From an uncultured Acidobacteriota bacterium (GTDB lineage Bacteria > Acidobacteriota > UBA6911): 64,000 bases of DNA. Location of the stretch: positions 448,001 through 512,000 of the forward strand of contig CAWEJX010000008.1 in assembly GCA_963809485.1 (NCBI GenBank), written 5' to 3'. The notes under the pieces are model-generated. The model ran no database searches. It saw only the letters and a list, made by a program, of their open reading frames with translations, and was not told the origin of the DNA. A program made the position numbers and the translations under genes. Below, piece by piece: positions 47,571 to 58,502 of this stretch; positions within the stretch are counted from its first letter, which is position 1; the number at the start of each line of letters is the position of its first letter.

Positions 47571-50058
47571 GATCCTCGATCAGAATCCTATCATCCGTGG
47601 TGAAGGATGTCAATCGGCGGGCAAAGGATCGTCCCTTGCCTGGGTCATAGATTTCGGCAGGTTCTCCGGTCACCACGAATTTGCCGGGGTCCAGGTAGTA
47701 GTCCGCGGTTTCCCCCTTGCATTCCCTGGCGCCCTGCCGGATAGCTACCTTCCCTTTCGCTGTCGCCCGCTCGATTCTTTTGCCCTGCTTGTCCAGAACG
47801 GCATCCAGGCTGGCTGACGAAAGGTTGACATCCCGGGAGCGCAGAGTGACATTTCCAGTGTAAGTTATTGAATTTTTTTCCTTTAAATACCGTAATCGGG
47901 AACTCTTGATTATCATCGGCACATTTTCTGAGTTCCTTGCCTTTTTCGCTTCCGTCTGTGGCGGCCTGGTCTCCGTGGCCCCGGAAGCTTCCGAGATTGG
48001 CACAAGGTGCACGATATCCCCCCGGGCTTCAACCTGGTTTCCTGCGCCAAAAATCTCGAGCTCTCTGGATTGAAGCTGCCCGTTTTCCGACAGCAACTGA
48101 ACGCTTCCCGAGTACCGTGCGCGTTGGTTTTCCATCCAGTATTGCAGTTCATCGGCCGTAATGATGCTGGGGGAGGTATTAGAAGCGCCGAAAAACGCGC
48201 CTCCATTCGCGGCCAGTTTCGACCGGACCCGCTTATGGACAAGAAGCAGTTTTTGCCGCTGGTCGTATTCCACGAGCTCCCCGGATGTAGAGCCCGTTTC
48301 CCGGGACACGATGAGGGGCGATTCGCTCAGAACAAGGATAGCCTTATGCGCGTCATAATCGCAGCGTCCCGCCGTTGCGGTCCTGGAATCATCCCGATAA
48401 CGGAAATTACCCCATTGAGAGACGCTGCGCACTGCGCTTTCGCGGTCCTTGAGCTCGAATGCCGCCTGCATATTTTCGCTCTCGGTGTGATATTTCTCGA
48501 GGGATGAACCGGCAGTCCGGACCGGCTTCTTTTCGTAGTCCACTCGAACGTGCCCCCGGGCATCCAGGCTTTTGAGCTGATTGTTTTCCGGGAAAAAGCG
48601 GAATTGGGCATCGTCGGCCTGCAGGCGCCGGATTTGCGGACGGGCTGCTCCATCGGCGGACGTTTCGGTCATTATGACCTTGCCGGCTGCGTGGCCCGAC
48701 TCGAGAAAGTCTCCCAGGGGGGAGTAAATCATTTCCAGCCGTGACGTCTCGAGCGTCCTCGCCGGATCACGCCGTGCGGATGGATTTTTCCGCGGCGGCT
48801 TCAGTGTCCACCGCGCTGCGCCTTCGGCATCAAGTCTTTCGATCCCGGTTTGACCTTCCCGCTTGCGGAAAGAAAGGCGGATTTCATCCGCTTCGAGTTC
48901 CTGGCTTGCGGCATCCGCAGAGCCCTGAGCAGACATTCTGGCATGCTTGCCGACCGTGAGGTTTTCGACATTATTGCTCCCGGCAGCAAATTTTGCCGTG
49001 ATCTGATCCCCTGAGATGAATGTCTCTTCCGGTCCTTTTTTCATCCTGAGACTGGCGCCGTTGCGGCTCAGGACATCGCGCGGCAGATTCCTTGCCACAT
49101 CAAACTCGATATAGATCTCCGCGCCATTCAGAGTCTGCTCCGCAGAGGGCGATGCCAACGAAAATTTCGCGTCGCCCAGCACAGCCATTCTTTCCAATGC
49201 GCCGCTGGTTTCGCCCATTCCGAAGATGATGCGCTGGCCGCTCAACTGTCTTTCGCCGCCGGGATCCCCGGAGCGGTAGACAGCGTCCTGGCTCGCCGTC
49301 AAATAGGTAAGCTTTTTCTCGTCGCTGCTGAAAATAGCCTCAACCTTTTCACCCGAGAGAGTGGAAGTCCCGGAATCCAGCCGCACATTGCCCTCGAGCA
49401 GAATGTGCCGCGCCCCCTCGGAGGCGCGCGCCCGGTTGGAAGTGGCGTGAAGCTTCTCGGTTTCAACACGCCCTCCCTCAACCGTCCTCTTTGGCATGAC
49501 CACCAGTTCGACCTCGCTCTTGAGTTCCAGCAATTTGCTTTTCTGGTCGAAATGCAGGCCGCGGGCTTTGCCGCTGGCTTCCTGCGAATAGAATTGAAGA
49601 GGATCGGAGCTCTCGCCAATACCCGAGTTCAAATCGTAGTGCAGGGACTCGGTACGCATTTCAATCCCATCGCCGAAAAACACGCGGACATCCCCGGAAA
49701 AATCGGCCAGATTCCGGTCGCGGTCGTATTTGGCCCTCTTGCTGCGAATTTCATTGCGAATGCTCCCATCCGGATTGAAATCGCGAGCTTCGATCCCTTC
49801 GAGCAGGCTTTTGCCGAGGTTCGTTTCAAGCAGTTTCTCGGCATGAATCCTGAACCGCAGTTTTCCGTTCTGGTGGTCGGAATAGTCAAGGCCTTCGGCC
49901 GATCGCACCATTTCCGAGCCGAGGACCTGGGGCGTTTTCTGGACATTCTGCGTGCGGTTATACCGGGTAAACAGGTAGTTGATCAATACGGAGAGGGAAA
50001 CGGCCACAATGATGCCGATCATCAACCGGCTAAGGATTTTAATGGCCGACGCTCTCAT
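47566..50058 (-). CDS. Long LptC/LptA(OstA)-like multi-beta-jellyroll LPS bridge protein
   Basis: N-terminal TM anchor, repeated A.G.V / G....Y beta motifs, directly upstream of lptB. Confidence 0.8.
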   Translation of the reverse strand: MRASAIKILSRLMIGIIVAVSLSVLINYLFTRYNRTQNVQKTPQVLGSEMVRSAEGLDYSDHQNGKLRFRIHAEKLLETNLGKSLLEGIEARDFNPDGSIRNEIRSKRAKYDRDRNLADFSGDVRVFFGDGIEMRTESLHYDLNSGIGESSDPLQFYSQEASGKARGLHFDQKSKLLELKSEVELVVMPKRTVEGGRVETEKLHATSNRARASEGARHILLEGNVRLDSGTSTLSGEKVEAIFSSDEKKLTYLTASQDAVYRSGDPGGERQLSGQRIIFGMGETSGALERMAVLGDAKFSLASPSAEQTLNGAEIYIEFDVARNLPRDVLSRNGASLRMKKGPEETFISGDQITAKFAAGSNNVENLTVGKHARMSAQGSADAASQELEADEIRLSFRKREGQTGIERLDAEGAARWTLKPPRKNPSARRDPARTLETSRLEMIYSPLGDFLESGHAAGKVIMTETSADGAARPQIRRLQADDAQFRFFPENNQLKSLDARGHVRVDYEKKPVRTAGSSLEKYHTESENMQAAFELKDRESAVRSVSQWGNFRYRDDSRTATAGRCDYDAHKAILVLSESPLIVSRETGSTSGELVEYDQRQKLLLVHKRVRSKLAANGGAFFGASNTSPSIITADELQYWMENQRARYSGSVQLLSENGQLQSRELEIFGAGNQVEARGDIVHLVPISEASGATETRPPQTEAKKARNSENVPMIIKSSRLRYLKEKNSITYTGNVTLRSRDVNLSSASLDAVLDKQGKRIERATAKGKVAIRQGARECKGETADYYLDPGKFVVTGEPAEIYDPGKGRSFARRLTSFTTDDRILIEDQ

Positions 50059-50115
50059 TGAATTGAGTATAGAAGCGCCTGCAGGGGGCGTCAATGATAT
50101 GGGTATTTATTTATA

Positions 50116-50256
50116 GTTTTTCAGCGTGCGTCAGCGTTTATCGGCGTGCGTCAGCGTTAAAATATAAGGATGGGCCTCCAGAGTCGGTCTCAAAACGACC
50201 GTCGCGAGATCCTCGCCGGCAGTTATGAGACAGTCTCATGGAGAGCCGTCCTGACT
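50116..50256 (-). mobile_element. MITE-B copy fused to an ACGCTGA repeat tract
   Basis: The reverse complement aligns with 25305-25420, including ATTTTAACGCTGA. Confidence 0.7.
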
Positions 50257-50285
50257 GGAACCCAGGATTATGGGGATTCGGGAGG

Positions 50286-50828
50286 CTAGTTTTTTTTAAG
50301 CCTGTCGGCGAAGACCTGGCGGAACTTTTCAATCTTGGGCATGATCACCACGCGGCAATAACTTTTGTCGGGATTTTTTTCGTAATAGTTCTGATGATAA
50401 TCCTCCGCCGGCCAGAATTTCTCAAAGGGAACGATTTCGGTCACTATAGGCTTCTTCCAGATCCCCGCTGCGTCGAGAGTGGCTTTGTATTCCGCGGCGA
50501 GCCGTTTCTGTTCGCTATTGTGGTAAAAAATCACGGACCGGTATTGCGTCCCGATATCGTTCCCCTGGCGATTCCTGGTCGTCGGATCGTGGGTCTTCCA
50601 AAAGACCTCCAGCAGCTGCTCATAGGAGATGCGCGACGGATCGTACGTAATCTGGGTTACTTCGGCGTGCCCGGTCTTCCCCGTGTAGACAGCCTGGTAG
50701 CTCGGACTATCCACGAATCCGCCGGAATATCCGGACACTACGATAACCACTCCCGCGAGACGCCGGAATATGGCCTCGACGCACCAGAAGCAGCCTGCGC
50801 CGAATGTGGCGAGCTGGAGATTGTCCAT
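50286..50828 (-). CDS. msrA: Peptide methionine sulfoxide reductase A
   Basis: GCFWC, TGHAE, QGNDIGTQYRS, AEDYHQNY. Confidence 0.96.
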   Translation of the reverse strand: MDNLQLATFGAGCFWCVEAIFRRLAGVVIVVSGYSGGFVDSPSYQAVYTGKTGHAEVTQITYDPSRISYEQLLEVFWKTHDPTTRNRQGNDIGTQYRSVIFYHNSEQKRLAAEYKATLDAAGIWKKPIVTEIVPFEKFWPAEDYHQNYYEKNPDKSYCRVVIMPKIEKFRQVFADRLKKN

Positions 50829-50841
50829 AAAATTTCCCCCA

Positions 50842-51559
50842 TCAGTCGATAGACCGCGCGTTGTAGCTGAGCGGTGTCACCTGCTTGGTATCGAGATTCA
50901 CCTGCCATATGTAATCGACATCCGGATTCCCGTCCGACGCGAACCGGACACGCACCCAATAAATGCTGTTTCCTCTGACCGCCGCGTCCCAGGATTTGAA
51001 TTGCAGTGAAGGATTGCTTCCCTGAATCATGCCCGCGATTGCTTTGTTTGACTCCTGCAGCATGTCATAGGCTTCCTGCTCAATTTTGCCTGTTTTATAT
51101 ACCGGCCCCGTATCTGCATCAGGTTCCGCGCCCGCAACGGATTCCGCATCCGTTAAAGCAGCCGCTGCCGGCTCTTCCGACGGCGGCGGGGATTTTATAA
51201 TCCTTTCAATTCTGATGGTCCGAGGCTGGGATGGAGTGGACGGCACGACAACGCCGCCGGGTTTCACGGCGTATACCTGATCGCTTTCAGGGACAGGCAA
51301 GCTGAACGTGACCCGGCATCTGATGCGCCGGCCGCTCGAATTCCTCGGGAAACGGTTCGAGGTTCTCACCCACCTTAAGGTTTACCGGCCGGACTTCGCC
51401 CGCCACCGCTGCCCTCAAAGTCATCATCCGCTCCGACAAACGGTTTCGAAGGGAGGGGACCGCTATCATCGGTAATCCTGCAGCCACCACAAATAAAAGC
51501 ATCGCGCCATAAACGATCGTGCGTTTTTTGTAGAAAGCCGCCGGCCCCGAAAACCTCAC
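50842..51559 (-). CDS. Hypothetical membrane-anchored protein split by a +1 frameshift near 51300
   Basis: The 90-aa ORF with a TM helix and an RBS (AGGAGG) overlaps the 175-aa ORF, whose C-terminal part looks protein-like. Confidence 0.65.
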
Positions 51560-51686
51560 TTTACCCCTCCTGATTCAATTATAGGACCGCCTTTTATGTT
51601 TCGCCGGCACCAAAAAGACTCGGGAATCCTGCACTTTTATGCAGGGTCGGACTTCCGGCCGCCCCTACGCATATTCTGAACAGGGT

Positions 51687-52791
51687 TTACGCGCGATTGC
51701 GGACGCCTCTGTAGACAAGGTATTTGTAGATGAAGTCCTCGATATCCCCGTCCAGGACGCGGTCCGCGTTGGAGGTTTCATACTTCGTCCTGTGATCCTT
51801 CACCAGCCGGTACGGATGAAGAACATAGGACCGTATCTGACTTCCCCAGCCGATATCCAGCTTCAAATCCTCAACCGCCTGAAGTTCCTGCCTCTTCTTG
51901 GACAACTCCAGTTCGTAAAGCCGCGCCCGCAGGACCTGCCGGGCCATTTCACGGTTCCTTATCTGCGACCGTTCATTCTGGCAGGAAACCACGATTCCGG
52001 TCGGAATGTGAGTGATGCGAACGGCGGAGTCGGTGACGTTGACGTGCTGTCCGCCGGCGCCCGATGACCTGTAGGTATCGATGCGAAGGTCCTTCTCGTC
52101 GATCTGAATGTCGATTGTTTCGTCCAGTTGCGGATACACGAACACGGAAGCGAAGCTGGTCTGGCGTTTACCCATGGCGCCGAACGGCGAGATGCGCACG
52201 AGACGATGCACTCCGCTCTCGGAGGAAAGGTAGCCGTAGACATAATCCCCTTCCACGAGAAAAGTCGCCGACTTTATGCCCGCTTCTTCTCCCGGCTGAT
52301 AGTCGAGCATCTTGGTGACATAGCCGGAACGTTCGCTCCATCTCAGGTACATGCGGACCAGCATCTCGGCCCAGTCTTGCGACTCGACTCCGCCGGCGCC
52401 CGGATGGACCGTGACGATGGCATTCGACGCGTCGTGCTCGCCGGAGAGAAGCATGCGAATCTCCGTGTGCTGAGCCTCCTGCTCGAGCTTCTCGACCTCG
52501 CTCGTGAGTTCGGCGATCACATCCTCGCCCTCCTCCGCAAGTTCGGCGAGCGCCCTGAGGTCGCCGGCATCGGATGCCAATTGGGAATCTAACTGGATAT
52601 CCCGATCCAGGCGGCTGCGCGTTTGCAGCACCGTCTGTGCTTCTTCCTGATTGCTCCAAAAATCCGGTTTGGCTGCTTTCTTTTCCAGCTCGAGAACTTG
52701 TGCGCGCTTGTTGTCCGCATCAAAGATAACCTCGAATCTGCCGTATCTTTTCTTCGATCGCGTTTACCCTGTCATGAAGTTCCTCGAGCAT
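51687..52791 (-). CDS. prfB: Peptide chain release factor 2 with a programmed +1 frameshift
   Basis: GGQ and SPF motifs. ORF1 MLEELH...RGYL ends CGA GGT TAT CTT TGA T at 52719-52734. Confidence 0.97.
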
Positions 52792-52820
52792 TCAAATCCT
52801 CCCTTGGTTATGGAATATAT

Positions 52821-54353
52821 TTAGGTCCCAATGTCTCTGGCAGAGCCGCGCATTCCGGCAATTGCCGCTAAAACAGTAATGATAGCACACAGGAAAATGA
52901 AAACGTCGCCATAACGGGTGTAGGGTGTTTGATCCGCAATAAATGCAAAACCGCCCCGGCAAACGGCTTCCTTTAGAATGCCTGTGGGTGATTGGATCTT
53001 TCCCGTAGGCTCGATTACGGCGGTGATCCCGGAATTCGCGGCCCGGAGCAGATACCTGCGGTTTTCAATTGCCCTCCAGCGCGCAATGGCAAGATGCTGA
53101 TACGGGGCGGAGCTGTTCCCGTACCAGCGGTCATTGGTTAAATTCACGATCAGCCGGCTGCCTTCCCTGACGAAACGCCGCACCAGGCCCGGGAAGGCCG
53201 CCTCAAAACAGATGATGGCATTAGCAGGATATTGCCCGACATGCACGATGCGATAGTCACTCCCGGGAGCAAAACTGCCGACATCTTTGGAAATGGTTTC
53301 CACGAAGGAAAACATCTTTTTAAGCGGGATGTACTCCCCAAAAGGCACCAGGTGGATCTTGTCGTAGATGCCTGCCAGATTTCCCTTTGCATCCAGAAAA
53401 TAGGCGCTGTTGAAGTATCGCTCCTGGCCCTGCACCACCCTGTAGCTGATGTTGTTGAAAACCAGTCCCAGCGAGTAACGTTTCGCCAGGCTCTCGAGCA
53501 TTTCGCGATAGGCCGGATCATTTTCAAAAGACACCGGGGACGGAGACTCGGGCAGAACCAGCAGATCAGGCGCCGGAGGTCCCAGGCTGTCCGCCATGCG
53601 CACATAGCCCCGCTGGAATTTATCCATCAGGACCTGTTGATCATCATCGATATCCAGGTTCCCCTGGAGCATGGCGGCCTGAAAGGCCGGCCTGAACTTT
53701 CCCCAATGCCGCAGGGACATTTCGCCGTACGCCAGGCACCCGAAGACCATAATCCCGGCTCCAACCAGGGGCGCCCAGACCGCAGGCCTGCGTGTCTTCC
53801 GCAAACAGGGCCAGGCTGCGGCGGTATTCACAGACGCTATCAGGAAAGAAATCCCATAAACTCCCGCGAGGTCCGCAACCTGGATGAGACCCAGCCAGCC
53901 GGACTGTGAGTAACCCGTAAGCAGCCAGGGGAATCCGCCGAACGGTGAAACGCTCTGAGCGTATTCCGAAACCGCCCAAACGAGCGGGAATAAGAGAAAA
54001 CACGATTCTCCGCAACGCTTCATCAGGAACTTCACCGCGGCACAAACCGCTGCCGGATAGCATGCGAGCATTGCAGCGGTCAGCGAATATGCAATCCAGG
54101 CCAACGCTTCGGGCAGGCCGCCGTAGCCGGCGAGAACCGTGGGCATCCAGATCAGCAAAGGGAAAAGCTGCAGGATTCCCGCCAGAAATCCGCCCGCCAA
54201 AGCCTGCGCCACGGATTTTGCGCGGAAAACAAATAGGAGCAGCGGGATGAAAGCTACCCATGCCAGATAGCCTTGGTTGAACTGCGGGAAGGATGCCGCC
54301 AGGAGAAGCCCGGTCAGCGCCGGCAGAAGCAGCTGCATGGCATGGTTCTTCAA
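52821..54353 (-). CDS. lnt: Apolipoprotein N-acyltransferase
   Basis: GFPW, LPES, KIHLVPFGEY, ICFE, TNDRWY. Confidence 0.95.
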   Translation of the reverse strand: MKNHAMQLLLPALTGLLLAASFPQFNQGYLAWVAFIPLLLFVFRAKSVAQALAGGFLAGILQLFPLLIWMPTVLAGYGGLPEALAWIAYSLTAAMLACYPAAVCAAVKFLMKRCGESCFLLFPLVWAVSEYAQSVSPFGGFPWLLTGYSQSGWLGLIQVADLAGVYGISFLIASVNTAAAWPCLRKTRRPAVWAPLVGAGIMVFGCLAYGEMSLRHWGKFRPAFQAAMLQGNLDIDDDQQVLMDKFQRGYVRMADSLGPPAPDLLVLPESPSPVSFENDPAYREMLESLAKRYSLGLVFNNISYRVVQGQERYFNSAYFLDAKGNLAGIYDKIHLVPFGEYIPLKKMFSFVETISKDVGSFAPGSDYRIVHVGQYPANAIICFEAAFPGLVRRFVREGSRLIVNLTNDRWYGNSSAPYQHLAIARWRAIENRRYLLRAANSGITAVIEPTGKIQSPTGILKEAVCRGGFAFIADQTPYTRYGDVFIFLCAIITVLAAIAGMRGSARDIGT

Positions 54354-55078
54354 TTGGTTTTTATGAAGGACGTGAATCCGCTCTTCTTCAGCCGGAGCTG
54401 CATGGCTACCGCATCGGCCCGGGATTTGAAATTTCCTACCTTGACAAGATACAGCTGGCCGGCCGAGCCGGGAGGCTCCACCCTGCAGTCGAACCCCTTG
54501 GCCTTCAGCATGCGTGCCTTGACATCCGACTCGGATTTTTGACGGAAAGCGCCGACCTGCACCGAGTAGCCGATCGGCCCGGCAGCTGCCGCAGCCGGCT
54601 TGGGGGCGGTCCCGGCAGCAGTTTCAATACTTGGCTCATCCACGGTCTTCGCAATGGTTGAAGCGGTGCCTGAAGCCGTTGTTGTTTTCTGTTTGGCGGC
54701 GGCATCCGCTGTGGCGACGGGGGTTCCCTTTTTGGGCGGCGCCGGCATTATTTTTTGGGTGTTGTCGGGCTCCCCTTCTTTCCGGTTTACGGTCTTATAC
54801 CAGTCCAGCGGCTGCTCCTCCGTTCCCTCCTTCGGAGTCTCCGCAACAGGGCTCGAGTCGGCCGGCTGCGTCGCTTGGGCCTGAGTGCTGTCGGAATCCC
54901 CACTGGGCATGGACTCCGCGGCTGCCTGAATTCCTTCCTGGTATCCCTGGCGCTTACCCTCGACGAATCCCACCACAAAAGAGCATCCGAGAATCGCAAC
55001 GAGCAAAACAAACGCGATTATGAGCTTACGATTGTCCAGCACAACTTCTATCCCGGCTTCCGAAGCATTCTCCGCCAT
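54350..55078 (-). CDS. SPOR-domain cell division protein (DedD/FtsN-like)
   Basis: TM helix, disordered linker, C-terminal YSVQVGAF...YLVKVG. Confidence 0.88.
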   Translation of the reverse strand: MAENASEAGIEVVLDNRKLIIAFVLLVAILGCSFVVGFVEGKRQGYQEGIQAAAESMPSGDSDSTQAQATQPADSSPVAETPKEGTEEQPLDWYKTVNRKEGEPDNTQKIMPAPPKKGTPVATADAAAKQKTTTASGTASTIAKTVDEPSIETAAGTAPKPAAAAAGPIGYSVQVGAFRQKSESDVKARMLKAKGFDCRVEPPGSAGQLYLVKVGNFKSRADAVAMQLRLKKSGFTSFIKTN

Positions 55079-55096
55079 CACGACTCTCTCCTCGCT

Positions 55097-55352
55097 GAAC
55101 GTTGAACGTTTGAACGTTAGAACGTTAAACGTTAAAAACAAATCACGTCTTCTGACATGAACGTTTCAATCATCAATCTTTTTTTAAGGTGCAAACCTTG
55201 CAACGTGAAAACGTTTGAACGTTTGAACGTTGAACGTTAAAAACAAATGTGTTTTTCCCAGAATTTGCCGTATCAATGGATACTGCTTTATAAACGTGCA
55301 AACGTTTAAACGTTCTAACGTGCCAACGTTCCAACGTTCTAGCGTTCAACGT
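55097..55352. repeat. AACGTT(T)G 7/8-mer repeat arrays
   Basis: Three clusters of aacgtt-based units; they overlap the stomatin stop. Confidence 0.9.
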
Positions 55353-56100
55353 CTTTTTTGGGCACTAACCAGTCTTTTATGATGTCGATGGGCACGGGGA
55401 AAACAACGGTCGTATTCTTCTCCACGCCGATCTCGGTTAATGTTTGCAGATATCGCAGCTGCAGTGCAACAGGTTCTTTATTTATGACGCCGGCCGCCTC
55501 CGCGAGCTTGGCTGCAGCCTGGAATTCGCCATCGGCGTGAATGATTTTTGCGCGCTTCTCGCGCTCCGCCTCAGCCTGCTTGGCCATGGCCCGCTGCATC
55601 ACCTCGGGCAGGTCCACCTGCTTGACCTCGACAAGGCCGACCTTGATACCCCAGGCGTCCGTGTGCTGATCGAGTATTTCCTGAAGCTTGACGTTCAGCT
55701 TCTCCCGGCGGCTCAGAAGGTCATCCAGTTCGACTTCGCCCAACACCGAACGCAGCGTGGTCTGGGCAAGCTGAGAAGTTGCGTACATATAATTCTCAAC
55801 CTCAACAATTGCCCGCGGGGCGTTCATCACACGGAAATAGACGATCGCATTGACCTTCACCGACACGTTGTCGCGTGTGATGATGTCCTGGGGCGGGACT
55901 TCAAGCACGATCGTCCGCAGGCTGACGCGCACCAGCTTGTAGATCGGCCAGAGGACAAATACCAGGCCGGGGCCCATAGCCTTCGGCAGAAGACGGCCCA
56001 GCCGGAACACGACTCCCCTTTCATACTCCCTAAGAATATGGATCGTGCTCCACAGGTACAGCAGAACGATAACAATGCCTACCAGCAGCGTTGATTCCAT
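55339..56100 (-). CDS. Stomatin/slipin SPFH protein
   Basis: [34 protein letters not shown]. Confidence 0.95.
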   Translation of the reverse strand: MESTLLVGIVIVLLYLWSTIHILREYERGVVFRLGRLLPKAMGPGLVFVLWPIYKLVRVSLRTIVLEVPPQDIITRDNVSVKVNAIVYFRVMNAPRAIVEVENYMYATSQLAQTTLRSVLGEVELDDLLSRREKLNVKLQEILDQHTDAWGIKVGLVEVKQVDLPEVMQRAMAKQAEAEREKRAKIIHADGEFQAAAKLAEAAGVINKEPVALQLRYLQTLTEIGVEKNTTVVFPVPIDIIKDWLVPKKDVER

Positions 56101-56124
56101 GAGAGCCTCCCTGAAAAGTGCGGC

Positions 56125-57417
56125 TTATTGCCCGACCTCCTCAACTTTCAGCATAAGGTTTTCAACGTCCACAACTCTTACGCTCTTCCCTGCAGGTATG
56201 GGAGAGGCGGAGCGCGCAGTCCAATATTCTCCACGGACCTTGACGCGTCCGCTCTGGTGAACGTCGCTGTCGGCAATCCCTATCAGGCCGATCATCCCCT
56301 GGTCGCCGGTTGCGGCCTTCTGCCTGAAGGACTTGAACAGAGCGATCAGCAGGATAAGGAAGATGGCGGCAAACGGCAGAGCCAGCGCAAGCGCCGTGTA
56401 GAGGCCGATCCGGACCGCCGGATCGGGCGAATCGATAAGGATCAGCATCCCCATAACCATAGCCACTAATCCTCCTATGCCGAGCACACCGAATCCCCCG
56501 ACCTTGACCTCGGCCACAAACAATCCTAAAGCCAGAATTATCAAAAGAACGCCCACGTAATTGATCGGCAGGAAGGAAAGCCCAAGCACCGACAGCAGCA
56601 CGCAGATGCCCCCGATCACTCCCGGCGCGATGAGCCCGGGATGAGTGAACTCGAAGTACAGCAGGAGAAGCCCGAAAATTCCCAACAGCAGCGCCAGGTT
56701 CGGTTGTGAAACTGCCGCCAGCAGCTTCTCTCGCGCCGTCATGCGGTATTCGACAATTTTCCGGCCCTGCAGGTCGAGAACGCGCTCCTCTCCCGAAAAG
56801 GACCGCACCTTATACCCCTGCAGTTTGCCCAGAAGCTCCGGCTCGTTCCCGGCAACAAAGTCTATGAGATGGGCCGCGAGAGCTTCCGCTTCGGTGAAGG
56901 ATTTGCTCTCCAATACACCCTTCTCCGCTTCCGCCACATTGCGGTTGCGTTTGCCGGCAATGCTGCGCAAATATGCTGTCGAATTGCTGGTGATTTTTTC
57001 CGTCAGGGTTTTGCCGGCCTGGCCGCCGTCGACGGGAAACCCGCCAATGGCCATAAGCGGATGGGCTGCGCCGGTATTGGTGCCCGGAGCCATGACCGCC
57101 ACATCAGCCGCCAAAAGGATAAAAAAGCCCGCCGAAGCCGCTTTGGCGCCGCTCGGAGCAACGTAAACCACGACGGGCACCTTGCTTCTCAGAATCCGCC
57201 CGATGATCTCCTCCATGGAAGACCCAAATCCGCCGGGAGTCTGAAGACGCATCAGGAAAATTTCAGCCCGCTCCGCCTCGGCCCGGTCGATGCTGCGGAC
57301 CACGAAACCCGCGGTCACGGGATCGATGGCGCCGTCAACCTCGATGCGCGCAATATCGCCCCGCGCAGGAAGAGCGACAAAGAGAAGCAATAAGGTTAAC
57401 GATAATATTCGTGACAT
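56125..57417 (-). CDS. nfeD: Long NfeD (ClpP-like protease + TM + OB fold)
   Basis: TPGG, AASAG, GTNTGAAHP, GEYWTARS; paired with stomatin. Confidence 0.92.
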   Translation of the reverse strand: MSRILSLTLLLLFVALPARGDIARIEVDGAIDPVTAGFVVRSIDRAEAERAEIFLMRLQTPGGFGSSMEEIIGRILRSKVPVVVYVAPSGAKAASAGFFILLAADVAVMAPGTNTGAAHPLMAIGGFPVDGGQAGKTLTEKITSNSTAYLRSIAGKRNRNVAEAEKGVLESKSFTEAEALAAHLIDFVAGNEPELLGKLQGYKVRSFSGEERVLDLQGRKIVEYRMTAREKLLAAVSQPNLALLLGIFGLLLLYFEFTHPGLIAPGVIGGICVLLSVLGLSFLPINYVGVLLIILALGLFVAEVKVGGFGVLGIGGLVAMVMGMLILIDSPDPAVRIGLYTALALALPFAAIFLILLIALFKSFRQKAATGDQGMIGLIGIADSDVHQSGRVKVRGEYWTARSASPIPAGKSVRVVDVENLMLKVEEVGQ

Positions 57418-57448
57418 GGCGTTTGGTCTTATTGTAGCACGATGGAGG

Positions 57449-57580
57449 TTAAACGTTGAACGTTTGAACGTTTTAACGTTGAACGTTTGCACGTTTGAAC
57501 GCTAAAAACTATACAAGTTATGGGGATCTCTGTGATCCTCGCGTTTGCTTTTAACGTTTAACGTTTAACGTTCAACGTTT
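57449..57580. repeat. AACGTT 7/8-mer arrays between lipA and nfeD
   Basis: Arrays at 57449-57502 and 57550-57580; the second contains the lipA stop. Confidence 0.88.
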
Positions 57581-58431
57581 TGTTCGTGCGCGTGGTACGA
57601 GGAACGCACGAGCGGCCCCGAAGCGACGTGCCGGAAACCCATGGAATACGCCAAATCGCGGAATTCCCTGAACTCGTCCGGTGTGTAGAATTTCTCCACG
57701 GGCAGGCTTTCGCGGGTCGGCTGCAGATATTGACCCAGCGTCACGATATCCACGTCGGCCTCGCGCAGATCCCTTAATACATCCAGGATCTCATCGCGGC
57801 TTTCACCCAGGCCAAGCATGATGCCGGACTTTGTCGTTACCCGGATGCCGAAGGATTTGGCGTTTGCGAGATGACTGAGGGACCGTTGATAGCGCGATCC
57901 TGCCCGCGCCAGCGGATAAAGCCGCGGAACCGTTTCGACATTGTGGCCCAGAACGTCCGGCACGGCCTCGACAACCGCGCGCAGCGCCTCCGTGCTCCCC
58001 TGGAAATCGGGAATCAGAACCTCGATTCGTATGCCTGGGCAGGAGTCCCGCGTCTTGCGGATTGTCTCGGCAAAAATAGAGGCGCCGCCGTCCTTTAGAT
58101 CGTCCCGGTCCACCGAGGTTATGACGGCATATTTCAGACCCAGTTTCCGGATTGCCTCCGCAATCCGGCGGGGTTCGTCCCGATCGAATGCCGGAGGCAT
58201 GCCGGTCTTCACGGCGCAGAACTTGCACGCCCGTGTGCACACCTCTCCCAGGATCATGAAAGTGGCTGTGCCCGCTCCCCAGCATTCGCCAATGTTGGGG
58301 CAGCGCGCGTCCTCGCAAACCGTATTCAGTTTGTGCTCGTGAACCAGCCCCTTGACCCTGGAATACCCTGCCCCGCCGGGCAGCCTCACCTTCAGCCATT
58401 CCGGCCGGCGCCGATGATTTTCCTGCAGCAT
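57565..58431 (-). CDS. lipA: Lipoyl synthase
   Basis: CEDARCPNIGEC, CTRACKFC, RSSY. Confidence 0.97.
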   Translation of the reverse strand: MLQENHRRRPEWLKVRLPGGAGYSRVKGLVHEHKLNTVCEDARCPNIGECWGAGTATFMILGEVCTRACKFCAVKTGMPPAFDRDEPRRIAEAIRKLGLKYAVITSVDRDDLKDGGASIFAETIRKTRDSCPGIRIEVLIPDFQGSTEALRAVVEAVPDVLGHNVETVPRLYPLARAGSRYQRSLSHLANAKSFGIRVTTKSGIMLGLGESRDEILDVLRDLREADVDIVTLGQYLQPTRESLPVEKFYTPDEFREFRDLAYSMGFRHVASGPLVRSSYHAHEQNVER

Positions 58432-58502
58432 TGCTTCCTCTCAAAAATATTACACTACACCCATTCAATCCCGATTTTTAGCCAATCTCTCCTCCCCCAT
58501 CT

